A stretch of DNA of 64,000 bases. Source: Raillietiella orientalis. Its lineage: Eukaryota. Numbering within the stretch: position 1 is the first letter of the stretch; the number at the start of each line of letters is the position of its first letter. Below, piece by piece: positions 23,949 to 36,000 of the stretch. The notes under the pieces were generated by a model that saw only the letters and a program-made list of their open reading frames with translations, was not told where the DNA came from and made no database searches. The stretch is taken from assembly GCA_036172245.1 (NCBI GenBank), contig JAYWIR010000030.1, positions 992,001 to 1,056,000 on the forward strand, written 5' to 3'. A program made the position numbers and the translations under genes.

Positions 23949-26900
23949 GGTGGCTCCGCCTGGTGGGGGACGGCGTGCTGCGCGTACGCGCAGACGCATG
24001 CGTGCAGGGCGGCGTGCCTCCGCGCCAGCAGCAGGAAGCAACTGAAGGCGTCCTGCCGGAAGAGCAACGAGATCTCTGTCTACAACTGCCTGAAGATCCT
24101 GGAGGTTTGAGGGAGCGTACGGCGGTCGGCGCGCCTTACGAGGGCTTCCGGGCTCGCCCGGCTCCTCCCTCCCGTTCTTCCTTGATCTCTCCGCCCGCGC
24201 GCGAAGGAGCTGGACGCCTGCTGCAGCCGAGCCAGGGGCTCCGAATGCTACGGCGCGTGCACGAAGATGCTGCGGAACGGCTTCCGGGGTCTGTCAGGCG
24301 GCTCGGCCCGCGACGAGCTGACCAAGGCGTGCTCCCATCACAGCCCGAGGGTCATAGAGTGCGCCCTGACCATCGCCAAGTTTACGCCGGTCAGCAACCT
24401 CAACCTGGGTGAGCCCCCAGGGGAAGGAGGCATGGGCAGTCCACGTTCCCCCCCGCCGCCCCTCCGCAGACTGCTGCTCCCGGTCGGAGAACGAGACGTG
24501 CCGCCGGAAGTGCGCCTCCCTGATGTCGCGTGACCTGCCGAGCCAGGAGGCCGTCGTGGACCACTTGCTGGAGGCAGGGTGCGGGCCAGTGCTGCCGCAC
24601 GTGAGTCCCTCCGTCCCACCCCCTTTCCGAGCGCGAACCTTCCGGAAGAGCAGAACGCCCTCTGGGAGTGCTTCCTGCTTAAGGCGGAAGAGCACGCGCC
24701 CAAGGACGGGCGCTCCTCGAAGAACGACCGGCTGGGCGTGGACGCCGCCAAGCTGCACTGCTGCTCCAAGGCCGCGGCCTCCAAGTGCTCTGACCTGTGC
24801 TTCTCCACCTTCTCCAACGACTGGGGCGAAAGCGTCTGGCAGCTGCAGAAGTGCCTGGAGGACCGCGAGGAGGCTGCTCTCGCCGGCTGCCTGGAAGAAG
24901 GTGCGTGTCAGGGGGGGGGGGGGTCCCGCGCCACCTTCCCGAGAACCTCCTCTTCCTTCCGATAGTCGACCACCCTTGTCAGCTGGGGTGCGACGGTCTC
25001 AGCTACTGCGTCGAATTCAACGGGCGCGACTCAGAGTTCTTCCGGTCATGCACCCGAGAGGCCGACGCGCTCGCCCGCCTGGACGCGCAGAGGTGGACCC
25101 GGGAAGGCAGGATTTCGACGAAGGGAATGGACATCCCGATCAGGAACGCGAGCGAGTGCTCCCGGGACGCCTGGAAGACCGTCGCCTGCGTGCTGAACGT
25201 CAGGCCTTGTTCAGCGTCGCCGAGGCGACGACGCGACGCCATCTGCAAGTAAAAAGCTGCCCTTCCTTGAGGAAGGGAACGCGCGGGAGGAAGAGGGAAA
25301 GGAGGAGGAAAAGGAAAGTGGGTGGGGGTGCTTCCCTTCCCTTCCTTCCTCCTCCCCTACGCTTCCTTCGACCTTCCTCCTCCCCCTCCCCTCCAGATCC
25401 GACTGCGTCGAAATCCTGACGGCATGCGCCCGGCACGAAAAGTTCTCCGACGGGAGGCGGTCGGTCAGGTCGATCTGCGCCTGGCTGACGGGAGGCAGCG
25501 AAGCCGCAGGGACTCGGACAGACGAGGAGGAGGAAGAGGGCTGCGTGTCGCTGAAGAGATATCTGCCCGGAGACGGAGGAAAGGTCGCGAGGGTGCCCTC
25601 GAAACTGCTGACTGCGCCGTGCAGGAACGACCCGTGCCCGAAAGGTCATCTGTGCCGCATCCTCAGGCACTGCCCTCCCGGAAGTCAATGCCCAGAATTC
25701 GAGTGCGTCCGAGGTGAGAGGGTGGAGGGAAGGAGACGGAGAGGAGGGACCTCCCTCAGGATGCTTCCTGGGGGACGCCTCACGGGTCGTCGTGCCGGCG
25801 GGCTCGTACGTCGTCGTGCCCGCGGCTCCGAGCCGCGGCGGAGATCGGAAGAGAAGGTGCCAGAAGATCTGTAGGTGCTCCGCTCACGGAGCCATTGAGG
25901 AGTGCCAGCCGCTCCCCTGCCTCTCCCTCGACCACTGCTGGGTTGGCAGCAGGAAGCTCGGTGAGGACCACTCCCGTCTTTCCCCTGCGCCCTGACCCGA
26001 AGCCGCTGCCTTCAGCCCAGGGAGCCACCTTCGACACCGCGTGTAGCGCGTGCACCTGCAACGCAGGGGAGGTCGTGTGCACGCGCAAGCCCTGCGGCCG
26101 GCGCGAGGAGGAGCAGTCCCAGGGATACTCTCTGCCGGGCAGGCAGAGACCCTCCTGCGGCTGCCCAACGTCCTCTTCTGAGGTCCAGCAGCCCGTCTGC
26201 GGCCACAACGGCAGGACGTACCCCAGCGAGTGCGCAGCCAGATGCGCGGGTCTCGCCTCGGGTCACTTCCACGAGGGGGTGTGCGACCGCTCTCGCGCCT
26301 GCTCGGAGGACGCCTGCGGTGGACTCCACGCCGCCGCACGCTGCGTGGCGCAGCCTCAGACATGCCTAAGCGCGTGGAGCTCGTCATGCAAGCAGTACCA
26401 GTGTGGTGAGTACCTACTACCCACCCAGCTACCACCGCCTCCGTTGCCCCGAGAGATCTCTCCTCGACCTCCCTTCTACGCGGACCGCCCAACCAACCAC
26501 CACCACCTAGACGACCACTGTCCACGTCTCCGCGCAACGTCCGCCCGCTAACCGGTGCGCAGGGTGGGGAACGGCGTACAGTCCCGGACGTATCGCGGGA
26601 CATGTGGGAGCAGGGATTGAAAACGCGCCCTGTCGGAGGTTCCGGCGATGGCGAAGAAACGGTCCCGAGCAAACAAAGCAGACGAAGGCACGAGCTCTTC
26701 CACAAAGCAGAGATGGATGTCAGGATACCCGAAAACGGTTCCGTTGTCGCGCGGCAAGCTCCCAGCTGTCGTGGAAAAGGGGCGGGTGGCAAACTGGGAG
26801 GCAAATGCACAGGGAGGCTGCTGTCTTCATCAGTAGCTCCGGGGAGGAGAAGCACGCCCCCTCCGCCGAAACCAGGGAGCATACCTCCTCCCTCCCTCGC

Positions 26901-28714
26901 ATCCTTTCCCTTTTTTTTTTTTTTTTTTTGATCCTCCCTGGGTCCCTTCCGTTCATTCGCAGTCTCAGGAAGAAAGCAAGACTCGAGGCCCTTTTGCAGC
27001 CGGCAGTGCCATCTCTTCGACAGACACGAAAGCGCGAGTTCCTCCCATGCGAAAAAGGCCATGTCGCCTTCTTGGGAAACCGTCCTCACCGCAGAAGTCG
27101 TCGAGTTCCAGGCGACGCCACTTTGTCTCCATCCCAGTTGGCAGTGCCCGCCGTATCCCCGCCACCACTCGCGCAGCAACCCCTGCGGTCAGCAAAGAAC
27201 CTTTGCTTTGTTTCCCGCCCCTCTTTTTTCCCTACTTTCTCCTTCTTCCCCTACGCTGGAAACCGGGCGCACTGGCCTCGGGAGGTGAGCCGCACCCTAC
27301 GCGCAGACGGAGGTCCTCAGGGTAGGGTCGCAAGTCCTCTCTTTCCTGCGTCCCACTCACGCAAACAGAGGAGCCGGTCCGGAGGAGGACAGGGGAAGGC
27401 AGGAGATGCGCGTTCCTGTCTTCGCAACGCCGTTCCGCTCGCGACCCTTTTCTTGTGTGCTGCTTACTTCGGACGTCCCCTCTCGCTCCTCCCTTTCCCG
27501 TTTTATCCGCTTCGCCGTGGCCGACATCCATGCCTCTCGAAGAGAGCGTGGAAACCGGCCTCCTCCGAGTACAGATTGTACGGCGAGCTGCAGGCGGGAG
27601 AAGGGGAGAGAAAGGAGAAATCCTTCTGAGCCGAAGACCGGGATCGGATCTGTCGGGAAGGACAAGAAGAGGTGCAGATGTTCTGGTTCTTTCTCAAGCG
27701 CTGCTCGATCGGTCCGTTCAGCGGAGAAAAAGGAATGCCCGCCTCCCCAAACCTCCTGCTTTTACGCTGGGGCGATGCTCGCCATGACAGACGGACGGAT
27801 GAGCCCAACGAGATCCTCCCGCGCTAACGAATTTTGCTACTGTTTTCTTTTCTTTCTTGTCCGCAGTTCTTCAGCTGTGCAGCGACAATGTCAAAGAGGA
27901 AGTGTGTGATGCTGACGGCTTGGAGCACGCATCGCTGTGCCATATGAGGAAGATGAACAAGACCTTCGGCTACGAGGGGAAGTGCAGGGTGAGTGACCCG
28001 ACTGTTCAGCAAGCCGCTACACGGGAGCCGCGCGATCTTTTAAAGCACGGGTGCTCTCCAGCCGGCGCGGTGTGCGGAGTCGACGGCAACTCCTACCCGT
28101 CCGAGTGCGTCGCTCTGTCGCAGCTGGCTCTGGTGGACTACGAAGGGCCGTGCAGGCATCTTCGGGTAACGAAGACAGCGATCCCGTGCCGGGAGATCAA
28201 CTGTGCTCCCTTGCTTTATGGGAACTGTTCCTCTGTGACGCCTCCGGGCGCTTGCTGCCCAGTGTGCTCGGGCGCATTGCAGTTGTTCTACAGCCGGAAG
28301 CAGATCGAAAGGATCGCATACGCGGTCAGGAACCACGACAAGGACCTATTCAGCCTCAGGACGATGCTGGAGAGGCTCCGTGCCCTCCTCTCAGTCGCGG
28401 AATGCGACTTGTACGGCTACCTCGGAGGTCTCAACGACATCATCGTCATCGTGAAAACCATCTTGCCCAAACCCAGCCCCGTCCAGCTGGACGCTTGCGT
28501 GAAAGAAGCGGAGAAGATCAGGACACTCATTTCTCTGGAAGATCCCAAGTTAGCCACTTACGTACCTCTGAATGCCGTCACGCTCGCAATCCAGCTCCAC
28601 AACAACGGAGCCGTCGTGATTGCCGATTCGTTATCTGCCGAGTGTCGGGGCTGGTCCGTTTCCTTGTCTGTGTGCTTCTTTCATTTCCTGTGCCTCCCCA
28701 GGTTCTTACAATAG
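23949..28714 (+). CDS. RECK: RECK, reversion-inducing cysteine-rich protein with Kazal motifs (GPI-anchored); signal-peptide exon not located
   Basis: GT-AG exons with consistent phases: 23949-24104, 24207-24408, 24470-24600, 24654-24900, 24966-25248, 25397-25713, 25760-25960, 26016-26405, 27867-27988, 28046-28714. Tandem CC domains (CCAYAQTHACRAAC, LHCCSKAAASKCSDLC), 'PCQLGCDGLSYC..FN.R..EFFRSC', Kazal motifs (PVCGHNGRTYPSEC; VCGVDGNSYPSEC), 'PPGACCPVC', hydrophobic C-terminus. Confidence 0.93.
26450..27800 (-). mobile_element. Decayed R2-like 3' half filling the largest RECK intron (26406-27866), antisense to RECK
   Basis: 'AGIPFSPLNG..SSAQKDFSFL' (RT7/thumb), 'KWRRLELDDF' plus 'SQEGDMAFFAWEELALSCL' (cf. 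WRxxExxxW..SQGxGxxxFxxDxISNxWL), 'ACRATTEPFSGI' (CCHC-like). Confidence 0.5.
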
Positions 28715-29599
28715 AGCTTTCACATGTCGAAGGCAGAACCCCACGACTGCACCATCTGCGTTAACGGCATCGTGATAACGGAACCGCGCATGGGCGGAAG
28801 CGACCGCATCGCGACGGGTGGAGTGAGAGGAAAATGCATTTCGAGTGCTTCTAATGGATTCCAAATACCGCGTAGTCCCAAGCCAGGCTTGCCAAGTATG
28901 CTTGTGCACTGGGCAGTATTAATGGGGCATGGCTCTCGAAACGCACCCTGGGACCCCTATAAACTTCATGTTTCTCTCTTCAAAGTAACGGATAGGGGTA
29001 TGCTCCCCGGAACAACAACAAAAAAAAAAACAAGAGATGCTGGTGTAGCCGAATACCTTCTGCAAGAGAAGCAGCAGTTCACGGATTCTGCAAAACAGCA
29101 GTTTCCGTTTCGATTCCCGTGACATCACATCGTGTGAGGCACCGCTAACCTCCCTTTTTTCTCATCCTTTCTTCTTCTTCGCCTCTGTATACTCTTGTGA
29201 AGGTTTCGCATTAGGAGGATTCAAAATGAAGGATTGTACGGGAAGAATTGTACTTTCCACGATAGGCTGATCACCCATCGCCTTGGCAACAGAATGCATC
29301 TTTGCAAAGATAACTAGGGCTCCCCCCCAAAACGTAACGACCTCTTACTTTATAAAAAGGAATGGAGGAAACGGTGTGGATTTTGGGAGACACGAGATCA
29401 TACGAACAGTAGTGCGATTGCAAGTGTGTCAATCTGATAGAAGAAATGGATACACAAAAATGAGGTAGAAGCATTGCTCTTGAGAGAAGATTGCAAAAGA
29501 AATGAACCAATGAATACAGAGGGGTTTAGGAAAAGCCACCGCGGTCGATGAAATGGAAAATCTGAAAAGCAAAGAATGTTAGACGTAGAATACTTAGTT

Positions 29600-30600
29600 A
29601 CCCTAGACTTCTCCGGATTACCAATAAAGTAATTTAAAAAGGGAAAAGATGTGTTCATTTTCACTCAGCTGGGGTTCAGCATAAACCGCATAGACAAGTC
29701 TTTTCGAATACTCCCAACTCAGCTTTGTGGAAGCTCCGATTTTGTGTTTGAAAAATCAAGGGAGCTCTTTTTGGAAAAAAGCAGAGTTGTGGAGTATGCC
29801 TCCCTAAAGCCAAGTCGAGTCATTGTGAAACGGAATTTCATTATGCTTTGTGCTCATTTCACAACGTTCAGAGAACGCGCGCGCACTTCTTGCAATGGAA
29901 TTTCTAAAACAGAAATGCGTTGGATGGCCATCGGGTTGAGAAGGGAAAAAAAACGAGCTACGCTGGCTTCGGACAGGATTACAAAGAACTCAAGCAAAAA
30001 AAACAGCCATAAATAAACAAAACACCAAAGTAATAAATTCCTGGAAATTCAGGAGCAGGAAAAAAAAGAGGAAGAAGAAGGTTGAATTCTAACGTGATCA
30101 ACTGGGGTTCAACCTCTGCCGAAATCGAAAACTAGGCGTGGCAGCCGCCTGGGCATCTCGAGAACATCGGGGGTTTGAGGGAAGTTTCCGGACACAACGA
30201 AGCCACTCCTTCGTCATAAGCCAGACTTCATGGTTTGAAGTGCTTACCATAATAAAACCCACTTCCTGGAAACTGCACAAGACACAGAACGTACTGGAAG
30301 ACCTTTACTTCAAGTGCTACTTCCTGCTACCGTTTACTCGCTACTGGCCACATTTTTTTCTTCTCTTTCTTGGGAGAGCTTTCTTTGGTTTGCGGTAGCA
30401 TCCTTTTGCTTCCAACTACCGTGTCTCCACTTGCATTACTTTAGCAAATGAATGCCCCCAAGACTTGGGACCATTTCCGGAAGGTCATACCTTTTGTCTC
30501 TCCCGAAATTCTTTCAGAAGTTGATCGTTATTTCAGTGAGTTCAGTACGCAGATAAATACGGACACTCTCTATGCATTCCAACCCCCCTCGGGAAAACTG
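29600..30600 (+). mobile_element. Decayed R2-like fragment (RT6 to thumb and linker)
   Basis: 'QLGFSINRIDKS' (cf. GLxINxxKS), 'VEYASLKPSRVIVKRNFIM' (cf. APLKPxQK), 'WASREHRGFEGSFRTQRSHSFV'. Confidence 0.45.
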
Positions 30601-31703
30601 ACTCTCCCTTCAGCAAACGAACCCCTCAATCCCGACTCCCAGTTGGCACAGGAAAATCGGCTTCCGTGCTTCGCAGAAATGTGCAGCAGCAGCAACTTCG
30701 AAGAAGATGGACAAAGGCACAGCACAACTGGAAGCTCTCCGTTTCGTTAAAACATGAAAGGACAGCTTCCCCGCCAAAACGCACCATAATGGAGAACTCA
30801 ACTGAGATATCTGCCGCTTCTCTTTAATTGGTAACGTCTTCTGCCGACTATAGGGTGCCTGAAGAAAACCTGTGTATTCCCTTTTACAAGCTTCTCGATA
30901 CACTAAACAAAGGTCACTTGATTTAGCAGATTACTTAAGGTGCATGCTTATCATAAGATTACCATAATAATTTTTTCTGCTCTCAAGAGAAATGAGCTGC
31001 AAGATAAAGTTGCACGTCGAGACTCAAAATGCTTCCCCACATACATAAGGCTACGAGCAGCAAACGTAAACCGAGTTGGAAATCGTCGCCTCGGGCTTAA
31101 ACGGACACTTCACCCTGGTTTCGCGTTGCACACTCTACGTAGAAGTTTCGTTATATTAGAGATGTACCATGGCCAGAGGCACTCAGGACGTAGACAAGAA
31201 TAGGCCATGCATTCGGAAGTATAGAAGGAATTTATCCTTTTCGATTTGTGCAAAATTCGTATCGGAAAGGATATTCATTTTAACAAAAAAAAAAAAAATT
31301 TCCCACCCGCTTTTAGAAGAGAGGCAAATTTTGCGATCTCTTATTACGCATTCCATGGAATCTTGGCTAAATAAGGGACCAACTGTGCTGGAACGGCCTT
31401 GCAAGCAATGCATGAGAAATAGAGAAAAATCAGATTTCAGCCTTGGTGTCCTCCTGTGGCACAAACAACTCTCAAATACTTCAGCTGCTTTAATATTTCA
31501 TAACTTGGATGTGCTACCTGACTTTTTTATCTATATATCCAGACAGGATTATAAACACATAATCATCATGATTAATGGAAATGACAAAGTACACTTTAGG
31601 ATATAGTATTTGAAGATGAATTATCCTGTTTAAAAGAAACTACTGCCACCGCAGCAAATACCCAATTATCTGACTCATGAAAACAGTCTGGACAGCACTC
31701 TTT

Positions 31704-33246
31704 TTAGGTCTTCCAAGAGATAAGTGCAACATTCCGTGGTGATTTCGATTTATCGAATACTTCAGCAAACTGACAACAAAAGCCATTTTCTAAGAGGAAT
31801 GTAGCTCTGTCCAGCAGTACAAGAGTTTCTAAAACCTGTTGCAGGGATCTCTGCAAAGACACAAACATTTTTATGAGCTGCAATGAGCCAACTGAATTTT
31901 TGTATAATGATTCAAAAGTCTTCTTGATATCCAGTAATTCAGCGTTCGTAACCTGTCTGCCATTTTTCTCAATAATGAACTGCTTTGGCAAATCAGCAAG
32001 AAAACTTTCTAGGTCTTCATTCCTAATAATATGTCTTCTGTGCCTCTTTGTAAACCTCACATTTTCTAACAATAGAAAAACTAGTAAACTCACAGTTTCT
32101 CATTTACCCATTTGTATATGATGTTGACTTACAATTATATATATTTACAAAATTAGCCGAATATGAAAGCAAAGTAACCATTACATACCTTGTGCAGACA
32201 CATCCTCTATCAAACCTCTGTATAAGACACTGATAACTTGCTTCCTATGAAATTTAGAATATACTGTCTCTTCCCCTATGAAACCCTCTGATGCTAATCG
32301 CAGAGAACACTCTGTCAACTTATAATTATGCTGTTTCAAAACATCCGTGAGAGTTTTACTCATTGGAAAATTTTCAGCAACTTGAAGCTTATGGTAGCAG
32401 CAACCAATATTCATTATGAATTTGGCCTGTTCTAATTTACAAAACAAAGAAATGGCATCTACACTCAGATCTCCACAAGAATGCAAAGTAATCAAACCAA
32501 TATTGCACTCCTCTGGAAATACCTCTTGAATTTTTGTTTTAATCACATCACAGCAAGACTGAGAATCATCCACTGAAAGAGGGAATAACTTAATTCTCTG
32601 ATCTAACTGTGCATGTTTACTGATTGTGGTTGACTTATCAATGCAAAGGATATTTCCACTGAAATATTTTAATAACTCTTTGTCGAGGTGACACTAAAAA
32701 GTTTCCTGTGCTGTTGATTGCTATACTGTACTAAATAAATACCATTCCACATCCCAAATCAATTATATTAAAACAATTAAATTTAATGCATAGCTTGGGA
32801 ATGAAATTAACAAGTACATCAACTTCATATTGCTTTTTTCCTTTGTTAACTTTTGTTTCATTCCTATGAGCAACAGTCATCCCTTGTTCTACATAAAAGA
32901 GATAATGGACTCCTGACACACTCATCAACTTACCTCTGACTACTTTAGGCAATTTGGAAGATAAGCTATTGTCATTTAGGATCAAATGCCTGCTTGTATT
33001 TAAAAAAACCTTTAAAGTTGTGGGCCACTCTTGTTTTGGCTCACAAATGGAAATACGATAAAAATCTTCGCCAGTCATTTGCATGATTTCGTTTTTCCAT
33101 TCCAAAGAAAACTTTTCTTCAAGTTTATGATTCAATATATATATCATTTTAATATTATGTATCCAATCATAGGCGCTAATGTGTGCAACAATATTATTTA
33201 ATTGCTCTTTGCAAAAACTCAAGTCTTCGTCACACAGTGAGATCAT
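31704..33246 (-). CDS. METTL25/RRNAD1 (METTL25B)-family methyltransferase
   Basis: Exons 33246-32934, 32888-32743, 32693-32189, 32065-31704. Motifs KKQYEV, IIDLGCG, LHSCGDLS, GCCYHKL, FPMS, ETLVLLDR..L.E.G, VFDKSKSPRN. The paralogue is not resolvable by eye. Confidence 0.85.
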
Positions 33247-34299
33247 AGTTACCGGGCTTGTTTTCGCTTATCTCATAAATCCTATCCATAGCTACAACCA
33301 AGTAATTCGTGGGATTCACTGGAAAAAATTGAAGTTCCAATTCTACAGATGAGCATCATGAGCATGCACTAGGGCAGAGCAAGTGCAAGAATACCAAACT
33401 GAACTACTACATCAGAACAGACTGAAATTTTCAAACTAAAAATGAAACTACAAATCTCCTTGAAATATCATTCAAAACACGACACAAATCTTCAAATCAT
33501 TTGAAATTTTTAATTGCGACTGCTTCAGGTACTTTTGATTTCCCTTGATCATTGTTTTTATGAATTTGTTAAAGCGACGCCTGTGTGTCATGGTGGTCTT
33601 CGAGAATTCACCAAACGTAGAGAGCCAATTTGAGGATGAAATATCCAAGCAATAGAATGGAAAATTTCATTCCTTTTAAAATATCCAAGCAGGAGAATGG
33701 AACAACATTCCATTCCTTTTAAATAAAATCCTTATTTTCAGTTGTGCCAATAATTGTGAAGCTAAATCATCAGTTTAAAATCAGAAATATCATTCCAGAA
33801 ATGCAAACATTTTGGAATGAGAATATTATTTGGAAACTCATTTGGTATGTTTCAAGACTTGCATATAAATAAAAGCAATCAAATCATGAAATTAGCATGA
33901 TCTACCATCATGATATTGTGATATAGGTGTTTCGATATCACCATAAGAATAAGAGAATATCTTTTTTTTAAAAAACAAAAAACATTTAGGTTTATTTTTG
34001 CATTCCGAGTGTAAAGTTTCCTCAAAGGAGATTTACTCACAAAAACTTTGCAGACGAAGTCCAAAAATGCAAGTAAACTAATGATGAAATATAAGCTGTG
34101 ATTTATTGAAACGATTTGTTTTTGTCCTTGAGACATTTTTAGTACAGGAGCTCCTTCTCTTTTCCTCCAATCCGACTTGCAGAGCGGGAATGAGTAGTTA
34201 ATTTAAAACAGAGCAAAATTAAACAAGCAAAATTTTAGAGTTCAGTCCATTTTTTCTTTTCAGGCATTTTCTAACGAGCTTTATACCTTTCTCAGATTT

Positions 34300-36000
34300 G
34301 TCTCTGGTTAAGCACTCTTGTCAGTCTTCATGACAAGGAGCTTTTTTCCTCTGATCTTCCACTTCCTGGCATTCCATTTTGTGTATCTGTATGCATCCCG
34401 TTCCTTACAGTTCCTTCCCTCAGCTAAATGATGAGTACACTCGATGTGTTTAATATTCCTAATCTCTTTGACATGACTTTCAAGAAGCCTTTGTTCCTTC
34501 TCTTCCTTTGTGTTTCCCACGAGATTTCTTGCTTTCGGAATGTAGAGAAGGGCACTCACGACTTCCGAAATTTGTTTTCCCGAAAGATGAATTATCACGT
34601 TTCTTGAGGTCAAGGCTCAATAGTTTTGTTACTCGTGTATTTTACTACTGCTGCACTTTTCTGTACAAACGATGTCTCCCTCCCATCCATTCCTCCTTCT
34701 GTAGCTGAATCGTCTTGTTTGGCCTCGATTTTCCAGAGATTTTGGGACGAAATGGGGAGATCTGTCCCCTGTTTTTTTTTTTTTTTCGGTCTAAGGCAGA
34801 ACACCATGCAGTTCCTACAGTAGCCGGGTTAGTTCCAGTACGGAGCTTGCACGCCCGGCGACCACGCTTTTAAGATGACGAGATTAAAGGCTTTTGAGTT
34901 CTTGTGAATTTAACCTTCAAGAATGTTTGCTCCAAACAGATATGGCCAACCGTGCTCTTACTCTGACTATCTGGACTTGCCGTATTGGGTAAAGCGCTCG
35001 CAGACAGCCTTCGGGGAGATAATGAGATTCCGACCATACAGGTGCGCAATCGTCTCAGCGTTCTTGTTGATCCTCTTCAGTATTATTCCGTTAAGGTTGA
35101 TGTCTCTTTCGGCGAGGGCATCAGCTAGCACTCAGCAAACGGTTCGAAAGAAGAAACCTTTCAGAACAGGTGCGATCGTCTTCACCTTGCAAAGTCCGCA
35201 TTCTGTCCCACACGGAGAGGCAGATGTCTCGCACTGCATTGTTCTGGATTGGACTTTTCTTTAGGAAAAAAAAAAAAAAAACGGCTTCTGTTTTTGTGTT
35301 CATTTTCGCGATGTTCGAATTATGGAATTTCGAATTCCAAAATGACAGACCTCGGAACTGTTAGGGCGTAGTCTTGTGGCATGAGACTACGTGCGATTGA
35401 CAATACGGTGACCTCCGCTTAAGATGAAGCTGCCGTCGTGGATAGTTGTCTCCTCTTTTGTCGTCTCCTTAACTATGGCTGGCATGAATCCATCTGAGCA
35501 ATCAGTGATTTCACTGCTTCCATGCTTTCGGGAGAGTCCTACACACTGCACAGCACGGCTTGGTGTCCACCGTAGTTACTCCTGCTGACTTGGCAGTCAC
35601 AGAACTTCCACCAGCCTCCATGCTATTCGGTTCTGACACTTCGTCCACATCTACAGGTTCTCTTGAGGATTAATTCCGTGCAACGTTCTGCATGTATCCC
35701 AGTAATGAAGTATTCAAGGGTTTGCTGAGCTGTGGGAGTTAGTCTCCAAATATCCATAGTAACAGGTTCTGCAACATCATGAGAATAGTGTCCGGACATT
35801 ATGTATGCATCGAAGGGAGAGCATGTGACTTGAGACTCTGAAGCATTCCATGTAGGTATTTTTGAGTGCTTTGATAGCTGTCCAACAGGTATCCTTCTGC
35901 AAATATTGGATGACCATCGCCACATACCATCAGTTTTCCGAAGGTTTCTCTATCAAAAGAACTGTACACGCACGGGAATCCTATAACTGCACCATGGATA
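34300..36000 (-). mobile_element. Decayed R4/Dong-like RT fragment
   Basis: 'IPTWNASESQVTCSP..LTPTAQQTLEYFITGIHAER' (cf. RPITCLxTxYKxLTxII) and 'SALLYIPKARNLVG' (cf. RLYLPRxxGGRG). Confidence 0.4.

Noticed and set aside
33640..33724. About 40-bp tandem duplication (also a 24-bp one near 9989-10030) as a possible CRISPR-like array
   Set aside because: Two adjacent units, no spacers, eukaryotic context.
35424..35500. Signal-peptide-like MKLPSWIVVSSFVVSLTMAG on the plus strand
   Set aside because: No downstream exons identified; lies antisense to an R4-like fossil.
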